Source: an uncultured Eubacteriales bacterium
GTDB taxonomy: Bacteria; Bacillota; Clostridia; Acetivibrionales; CAYWGM01
Direction: 5' to 3'
DNA length: 49,871 bases
NCBI GenBank assembly: GCA_964457875.1
Contig: CAYWGM010000007.1
Coordinates: 1-49,871, forward strand
Below, in pieces: positions 44,417 through 49,871 of this stretch. The notes below the pieces were generated by a model. The model saw only the letters and a program-made list of their open reading frames with translations, did not search any database and was not told the origin of the DNA. A program made the position numbers and the translations under genes. Each line of letters opens with the position of its first letter. Position 1 is the stretch's first letter.

Positions 44417-46360
44417 ATGGGAACTGATTTGCTGGGCAATAGATACGAGATAATGGAAAAAATCGGCGGCGGGGGGATGGCCGTGGTGTATAAAGCCAAG
44501 TGTCTCCTGCTTAACCGCTATGTGGCCGTCAAGGTATTGAGGCCGGAATTCCTCAATGATGATGAAGTTGTAAAACGGTTCAGGGTGGAAGCCCAATCAG
44601 CCGCCAGCCTATCGCACCCTAACATCGTACCTATTTATGATGTCGGGAATGAGGACGACGTTCATTATATCGTCATGGAATACATCGATGGCATTACTCT
44701 AAAGGAATATATCAGGAGCAAAGGGACAATTGATTGGGAAGAAGCAGTAAAGATAGCGATTCAGGTTTGTTCGGCGATGGAGCACGCCCACAGGAACAAA
44801 ATCGTTCACCGGGATATCAAGCCGCAGAACATCCTGCTTGCCAATGACGGGATGGTCAAGGTCGTGGATTTTGGAATTGCACGGGCGGCAACGGCGTCAA
44901 CCATAACTATGGCGGGGAACACCATAGGTTCCGTCCACTATTTTTCACCTGAACAGGCCAGGGGAGGATACACGGACGAAAAATCCGACCTTTACTCTTT
45001 GGGGATTGTACTGTTTGAAATGGTAACAGGCACAGTCCCGTTCGAAGCCGATACTCCGGTGGCAGTCGCACTCATGCATCTCCAGTCTAATCCAAAGGTG
45101 CCTTCGGAAATCAACGGAGATATCCCGTTTGCGCTTAACGACCTGATAATGAAAGCCATTAGAAAAGATAAAGAGAGCAGATACCAGTCGGCAGGCGATA
45201 TGTTGAACGACCTTTACAGGATACTTGTAGAACCAGATGGCAGGTATGTGAGGGTAGCCCGGGAAGACGAGGATGTGCCGACGAGGAAAATGCAGGCCGT
45301 ACAAGCTGTGCAGGCTGTGCATAATGAAATGGCGCTGAGGGAGGAGGACATGGATCATCAGGAAAATGAAGATGAAAAGGAAAATCGCAGGAGCAGGCTT
45401 TCAGTATGGATTGCCGTAGCGACTTCGCTTATCATCATCGGTATTTTTGCGTTTCTGGGTTACAGGTTCGTTATTCCGTCGATTACGCAGAATGATAATG
45501 TATTCATTGTCGGACAATATGTAGGGAAAGATATCACGCTGGTTAAAGATGAATTATCTTCAGTAAAGATTAATGTAAAAGAGGAAAATGTATACGATGA
45601 TACGGTTGACAAAGGTATTATCATGACCCAAAGCGTTACGCCCGGCCAGGAACTGAAACTGGACGGGTTCAATACGATAGAGTTTACGGTCAGCAAAGGC
45701 CGGGAGCTGGTAAAAATACCTGATGAAAGGATGAGAGAAGCCCGTTTGGCTGAGATCGACCTGAAAGATAAAAACCTTGAGGTGGTGGTTGTCGGAGAAT
45801 ATAGCGACACCGTGCCAAAAGATCTTGTTATACGCACCGATCCCGCTGCGGAAGAGGAAGTGGAGCCGGGGTCATCAATTACAATATTCAAGAGCCTGGG
45901 ACTTGAAGTGAAACAGGTCACCGTACCGGATCTTAAGGGAAAGACGCTTAAGCAAGCCCAGACCATACTGCTCAATGCAAAATTGACAATGGGCAAGATA
46001 TATCCTTCGGATACATCCAGCGAGATAGCGACTATCAAAAGCCAGAGTCCGCTTCCTAATACTATGGCTGATGAGAATTCACCGGTGGATATGTATCTTG
46101 AGGATTTCGGCATAGGCGGGAATCTGATCGATCAGACAATCAGGCTTAAAGATGATAATACTTTCGGAGACACAATAAAGATATTCGTGGAAGCGATACC
46201 TTCGAATACCGGCAAACCCAAAGTAGTGCTGGATAGACCGAGCGAGCCCAAATCATCCTTTCCGTATACTTTCTGGGTGCCGGTGCCGGATGGAGGGTCT
46301 ACAAAAGTGAGGATATTTCTTGATAACAAGCTTTATTTGGAGTATTTTTTAGGAGGCTGA
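44417..46360 (+). CDS. prkC: Ser/Thr protein kinase with PASTA repeats (PrkC/Stk1)
   Basis: 647 aa. Motifs GGGGMAVVYKA, HRDIKPQNIL, DFGIA. One TM (VWIAVATSLIIIGIFAFLGY). Extracellular PASTA-like repeats follow. Confidence 0.95.
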   Translation: MGTDLLGNRYEIMEKIGGGGMAVVYKAKCLLLNRYVAVKVLRPEFLNDDEVVKRFRVEAQSAASLSHPNIVPIYDVGNEDDVHYIVMEYIDGITLKEYIRSKGTIDWEEAVKIAIQVCSAMEHAHRNKIVHRDIKPQNILLANDGMVKVVDFGIARAATASTITMAGNTIGSVHYFSPEQARGGYTDEKSDLYSLGIVLFEMVTGTVPFEADTPVAVALMHLQSNPKVPSEINGDIPFALNDLIMKAIRKDKESRYQSAGDMLNDLYRILVEPDGRYVRVAREDEDVPTRKMQAVQAVQAVHNEMALREEDMDHQENEDEKENRRSRLSVWIAVATSLIIIGIFAFLGYRFVIPSITQNDNVFIVGQYVGKDITLVKDELSSVKINVKEENVYDDTVDKGIIMTQSVTPGQELKLDGFNTIEFTVSKGRELVKIPDERMREARLAEIDLKDKNLEVVVVGEYSDTVPKDLVIRTDPAAEEEVEPGSSITIFKSLGLEVKQVTVPDLKGKTLKQAQTILLNAKLTMGKIYPSDTSSEIATIKSQSPLPNTMADENSPVDMYLEDFGIGGNLIDQTIRLKDDNTFGDTIKIFVEAIPSNTGKPKVVLDRPSEPKSSFPYTFWVPVPDGGSTKVRIFLDNKLYLEYFLGG

Positions 46361-46382
46361 TTTCCGGGGAGGTATCATTTTA

Positions 46383-47261
46383 TTGCCTTCGGGTTTGATA
46401 GTAAAAGGCGTCAAAGGTCTTTACAGTGTTAAAGATGGACACAATATCCATATATGTACAGTCAGGGGGATCTTCAGAAGAGAAGGTCTGACTCCGGTGC
46501 CGGGCGATCTGGTGGAATTTACGGTGACAGACAGTAAAAAGTCGACTGGTTTGATTACACGGATCGAACAACGCAAATCAATGCTTGTCAGACCTAATGT
46601 ATCCAATTTTAATCAGGTCATCGCCGTATTTTCAGCGAAATCTCCTGAACCTGATTTGCTGCTGCTGGATAAGCTTATTGTTTCGGCCTTGGTTGGCCGT
46701 CTTGATGTTGTCATCTGTATAAATAAGATAGACTTGGATGACACCGGCCTGTATGAATTAATTGATTCGGAATATGGCAAGTGCGGCTTCAATGTGATCT
46801 GTTCAAGTTCGATGACCGAATCCGGGCTGGACAAGTTGAGGGACTCTATGAAAGATAAGTTCAGCGTACTTGCCGGTCCGTCCGGGGCAGGTAAATCGAC
46901 CATTATCAACAATATTGCCGGAAGGGTCGTAATGAAAACCGGTGACGTGAGTTACAAGACACAAACGGGGAGGCATACCACCAAGCATGCGGAGGTGATG
47001 GAGCTGGATTTCGGAGGACTTGTCATAGACACGCCGGGATTCAGTTTGCTGGAATTAGATTGTATAAGATACAACGAGCTGCAGCATTTTTATCCGGAAT
47101 TCAGAGGTCTGTTGGATGGATGCAGGTTCAAGACGTGCCGGCACGTCGGGGAGCCCGGGTGCAAGGTGGCTGAGGCGGTTGAATGCGGCAGTATAGGTCG
47201 GGGGAGATATGCGAGGTATATTGAGCTATTCAAAGAACTGAAATCAATAAAAGATTATTAA
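46383..47261 (+). CDS. rsgA: Ribosome small-subunit-dependent GTPase A
   Basis: TTG start. OB domain, circularly permuted GTPase (NKIDL...GPSGAGKSTIIN), and Zn finger CRFKTCRHVGEPGC. Confidence 0.9.
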   Translation: MPSGLIVKGVKGLYSVKDGHNIHICTVRGIFRREGLTPVPGDLVEFTVTDSKKSTGLITRIEQRKSMLVRPNVSNFNQVIAVFSAKSPEPDLLLLDKLIVSALVGRLDVVICINKIDLDDTGLYELIDSEYGKCGFNVICSSSMTESGLDKLRDSMKDKFSVLAGPSGAGKSTIINNIAGRVVMKTGDVSYKTQTGRHTTKHAEVMELDFGGLVIDTPGFSLLELDCIRYNELQHFYPEFRGLLDGCRFKTCRHVGEPGCKVAEAVECGSIGRGRYARYIELFKELKSIKDY

Positions 47262-47292
47262 ATAAAAGCAATGAATAGGAGGATACAGACAA

Positions 47293-47955
47293 ATGATCAA
47301 GATTGCACCATCGATACTTGCAGCTGATTTTTCCAGACTTGCAGATGAGATCGAAAGGATGGATAAGGCCGGAGCCGACCTGTTACATATAGATGTCATG
47401 GACGGGCATTTTGTGCCCAATATCACGATCGGGCCTCCTGTAGTCAGGTCGATCAGGCATGTGACAGGAATGATATTCGACGTGCACCTGATGATAGAGA
47501 ATGCGGACAATTTCATTGATATTTTCATTGATTCGGGCGCCGATATGATTACTGTGCATGTCGAGGCATGTGAAGATTTACATAAGACGATCCGGATGAT
47601 AAAGGGCAGGGGCAAAAGGGCATCGATCGCACTTAACCCGGCTACGCCCAATTCAGCTGCGGAACCATATTTGAAAGATGTGGACAAAGTGCTGCTTATG
47701 ACTGTGAATCCGGGATTCGGGGGACAGGAGTATATTGAATCAATGACCGAAAAGATCCGTGATATAAAAAAGACGATAAGTCTGAACAGATTGAAAATAG
47801 ACATTGAAGTGGACGGCGGAATCGACCTGAATAATATATATACGGTGACAGAAGCGGGCGCTAATATAATAGTGGCAGGAACAACCATATTCAATGCCGT
47901 CAATGCGACGAGGATAATAAACGACTTGAGACGCCTGTCATATTCGGCATATTGA
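47293..47955 (+). CDS. rpe: Ribulose-phosphate 3-epimerase
   Basis: IAPSILAADFSRLADEI...HIDVMDGHFVPNITIGP...MTVNPGFGGQ...VDGGI. Confidence 0.95.
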   Translation: MIKIAPSILAADFSRLADEIERMDKAGADLLHIDVMDGHFVPNITIGPPVVRSIRHVTGMIFDVHLMIENADNFIDIFIDSGADMITVHVEACEDLHKTIRMIKGRGKRASIALNPATPNSAAEPYLKDVDKVLLMTVNPGFGGQEYIESMTEKIRDIKKTISLNRLKIDIEVDGGIDLNNIYTVTEAGANIIVAGTTIFNAVNATRIINDLRRLSYSAY

Positions 47956-47967
47956 GAGGGTTCTTAA

Positions 47968-48645
47968 TTGAAGAAAGCGATCATAGTGTGCGGCGGCAGG
48001 ATCGAAGATTATTCCCGCTACCGAAGGTATTTTCATAATGGAAGCGAAGGGTATCTGATAATATGCGCAGACAGCGGCGCCACCCACCTCAGAAAGCTTG
48101 GTGTTCTGCCGCATGTCCTCATAGGCGATTTTGATTCGATAGTATGTTCCGACATGGAATATTTCCGTAAACAGGATGTGGGGATCATCAGCCATCCTGT
48201 CTATAAAGACAAGACAGATTCTGAGCTTGCAGTCGAATACGCGATAGACAGCGGATGCGATGAAATCGTGATTATTGGTGGCTTCGGCTCAAGGGCGGAC
48301 CATTCTATGGCAAATATCATGCTTTTGAAGAAGATCAGCGATGCAGGCTGCAAAGGCATGCTGGCGGATGAGAATAACGAAGTGTACCTGTTGGAACCGA
48401 AAATACCCTTCGGGATTACTTGCGGCAAATGTAGCAGTAGCAAGGTTTCACTAATACCTTTGACCGATACTGTCGAGGGTGTGACAACGAAAGACTTGCG
48501 TTTTAGTCTTGATAATGCTGTTATAAAAATGGGGTCTACCCTGGGCGTCAGCAATGAATTCATTTTAGACGGCGATGGTATGATCAATGCCCAGATATCC
48601 ATAAAAAAAGGGCTTCTTTTAGTTATCGTTTCAAAAGATTCTTAA
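47968..48645 (+). CDS. thiN: Thiamine diphosphokinase
   Basis: TTG start. Motifs IICADSGATHL, LIGDFDS, KDKTDSELA, GGFGSRADH. Occupies the canonical position after rpe. Confidence 0.85.
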   Translation: MKKAIIVCGGRIEDYSRYRRYFHNGSEGYLIICADSGATHLRKLGVLPHVLIGDFDSIVCSDMEYFRKQDVGIISHPVYKDKTDSELAVEYAIDSGCDEIVIIGGFGSRADHSMANIMLLKKISDAGCKGMLADENNEVYLLEPKIPFGITCGKCSSSKVSLIPLTDTVEGVTTKDLRFSLDNAVIKMGSTLGVSNEFILDGDGMINAQISIKKGLLLVIVSKDS

Positions 48646-49829
48646 ACCCCGATACACTCTTTTGCAAGCAAACCGAAGGCTGGCAGTGATGCCTTTATGG
48701 TTTCGAGGCTGACACAATAGGCGATTCTGAAATAGCCAGGGCAGCCGAAGCCCCTTCCCGGCACAACGAGGATATTATAGTCCAATGCCTTTCTGGCGAA
48801 TTCTGTGTCATCTTCAATGGGACTTTTCGGAAACAGATAAAATGCGCCTTTTGGTTTGATGCATGAAAAACCGAGGCTTATCAGGTGATTGTAAAGCAGG
48901 TCTCTTTTTGCCCCATATACGGCGATATCTATTCCGGTACCTATGGTATCCGCCACTACTTTTTGGAGAGTGGACGGCGCGTTTACGAAACCGAGCGTCC
49001 TATTGCAGAATATAAGGCAGTTTATCAGCATGTCGACGTCTTTGATAGCGGGCGATACAGCCACATATCCGATCCTTTCACCCGGGAGCGAATGCGATTT
49101 GCTGAATGAATTTGCAAGTAAGCCGTTTTTAAAGATGCCAAGCACCGGAGGAACGACCGTGCCGTCATATACTATCCTGTCATAGGGTTGATCGGAAATA
49201 ACATATATGTTTGTGCCGTATTTATTTTCTGTCTTTTCTAAAACGGCGGCGATTTGCCTGAGGGTTTTTTCGCTGTATACGGCGCCGGTCGGATTGTTAG
49301 GTGTATTTATGATGATAGCCTTTGTTTTGGCAGTCATACTCTTTTCCAGTACCGCGGCATCGGGTTCAAACGTGGTCATGTCAGTGGGCACGATCACCGG
49401 GCGGCCATCAGAATTCTCTATGTAGAAAAGATATTCAACAAAATAGGGAGAGAAGACTATGACCTCTTCCCCCGGATTCAACAGCGACTTCAGTATCACA
49501 TTAAGCCCGCCTGCAGCTCCGCACGTCATCACCACATGCTTATCCTCCAGATCCACTCCTTGCTCGCGCGTAATGAATCCGGCAATCTTTGCCCTGACGT
49601 CTGCATAACCTGCATTACTCATATATCTGTGAAGTCCTTTGAATTGCCCCGATGCGTACCGCTTAAAGGCATCCATAACTGATTCAGGTGGATCGGCGTC
49701 GGGATTTCCGAGACTGAAGTCATAAACCTTTTCCGGACCATGGATCCGCCTGAGCTTCTCGCCCTCTTCGAACATAGCCCTTATGAAGGATGAACCCGAA
49801 AGATTTTTCACTGTTTTATCTGAAAACAT
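48642..49829 (-). CDS. Class I/II PLP-dependent aminotransferase (aspartate/alanine aminotransferase-like)
   Basis: 395 aa. Motifs DFSLGNPD, INTPNNPTG, and PLP-Lys motif SFSKSHSLPGERIGY. Its stop overlaps the thiN stop (convergent, TTAA). Confidence 0.85.
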   Translation of the reverse strand: MFSDKTVKNLSGSSFIRAMFEEGEKLRRIHGPEKVYDFSLGNPDADPPESVMDAFKRYASGQFKGLHRYMSNAGYADVRAKIAGFITREQGVDLEDKHVVMTCGAAGGLNVILKSLLNPGEEVIVFSPYFVEYLFYIENSDGRPVIVPTDMTTFEPDAAVLEKSMTAKTKAIIINTPNNPTGAVYSEKTLRQIAAVLEKTENKYGTNIYVISDQPYDRIVYDGTVVPPVLGIFKNGLLANSFSKSHSLPGERIGYVAVSPAIKDVDMLINCLIFCNRTLGFVNAPSTLQKVVADTIGTGIDIAVYGAKRDLLYNHLISLGFSCIKPKGAFYLFPKSPIEDDTEFARKALDYNILVVPGRGFGCPGYFRIAYCVSLETIKASLPAFGLLAKECIGV

Positions 49830-49871
49830 GTCTGCACCTCTGTCTGGGATTTTATCCTTATGTTACAACAA

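Noticed and set aside
45293-45322. Short tandem codon repeat (QAV QAV QAV) in prkC
   Set aside because: It lies in the low-complexity juxtamembrane linker of the kinase. The repeat is trivial, with no evidence of phase variation.
47244-47903. 219-aa minus-strand ORF opposite rpe
   Set aside because: Antisense to an unmistakable ribulose-phosphate 3-epimerase. It is Ser/Ile/Thr-rich and low-complexity.
1-49871. Scan for CRISPR arrays, tRNA/rRNA genes, IS elements and other riboswitches (T-box, purine, TPP upstream of purL/thiN)
   Set aside because: No regularly spaced direct repeats, cloverleaf-like segments, rRNA-like stretches or transposase ORFs were seen. Intergenic regions other than 12180-12536 are too short or lack conserved riboswitch cores.

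Overview
This is a 49.9-kb chromosomal window from a Firmicutes (Clostridia-like) genome. It holds about 50 protein genes, all but five on the + strand. I saw no rRNA, tRNA, CRISPR array, transposase or integrase.

Layout, left to right:
(1) A ybaN-like gene, a deoR-type regulator and a yggT-like gene.
(2) A ~15-kb co-directional array. It starts with malic enzyme, lpdA and nfnAB. Next comes an uncharacterised five-gene cluster: a LarA-type racemase, a double-SIS protein, a B12-binding radical-SAM/DUF4070 enzyme, a D-TA/DSD1-type PLP enzyme and a 2[4Fe-4S] protein. It ends with a tandem glycine riboswitch and terminator gating gcvT-gcvH-gcvPA-gcvPB.
(3) An orphan minus-strand gene fusing a Phd/YefM antitoxin domain to a Uma2 (PD-(D/E)xK) nuclease. 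Its consensus promoter is embedded in inverted and tandem repeats.
(4) htpG overlapping single-chain purL, then a second LarA-family paralogue and ridA.
(5) An accessory islet: a very AT-rich AbiJ-like gene that starts on the ridA stop codon, a class II Fic protein, and a start-less ORF remnant.
(6) A LacI-controlled uptake and catabolic locus: LplABC-type ABC transporter, SDR, Gfo/Idh/MocA, cupin and class-III aminotransferase.
(7) A tandem-OB SSB-like gene, followed by the conserved Firmicutes block priA-def-fmt-rsmB-rlmN-stp-prkC-rsgA-rpe-thiN and a convergent aminotransferase.

The best candidates for undescribed biology are the Phd-Uma2 fusion, the LarA/SIS/B12-rSAM/D-TA/ferredoxin cluster, the AbiJ-like/Fic islet and the two-OB SSB-like gene coupled to priA. 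Two conserved genes (larA, gcvT) appear to start at non-canonical codons. All family assignments come from motif recognition by eye; no searches were run.
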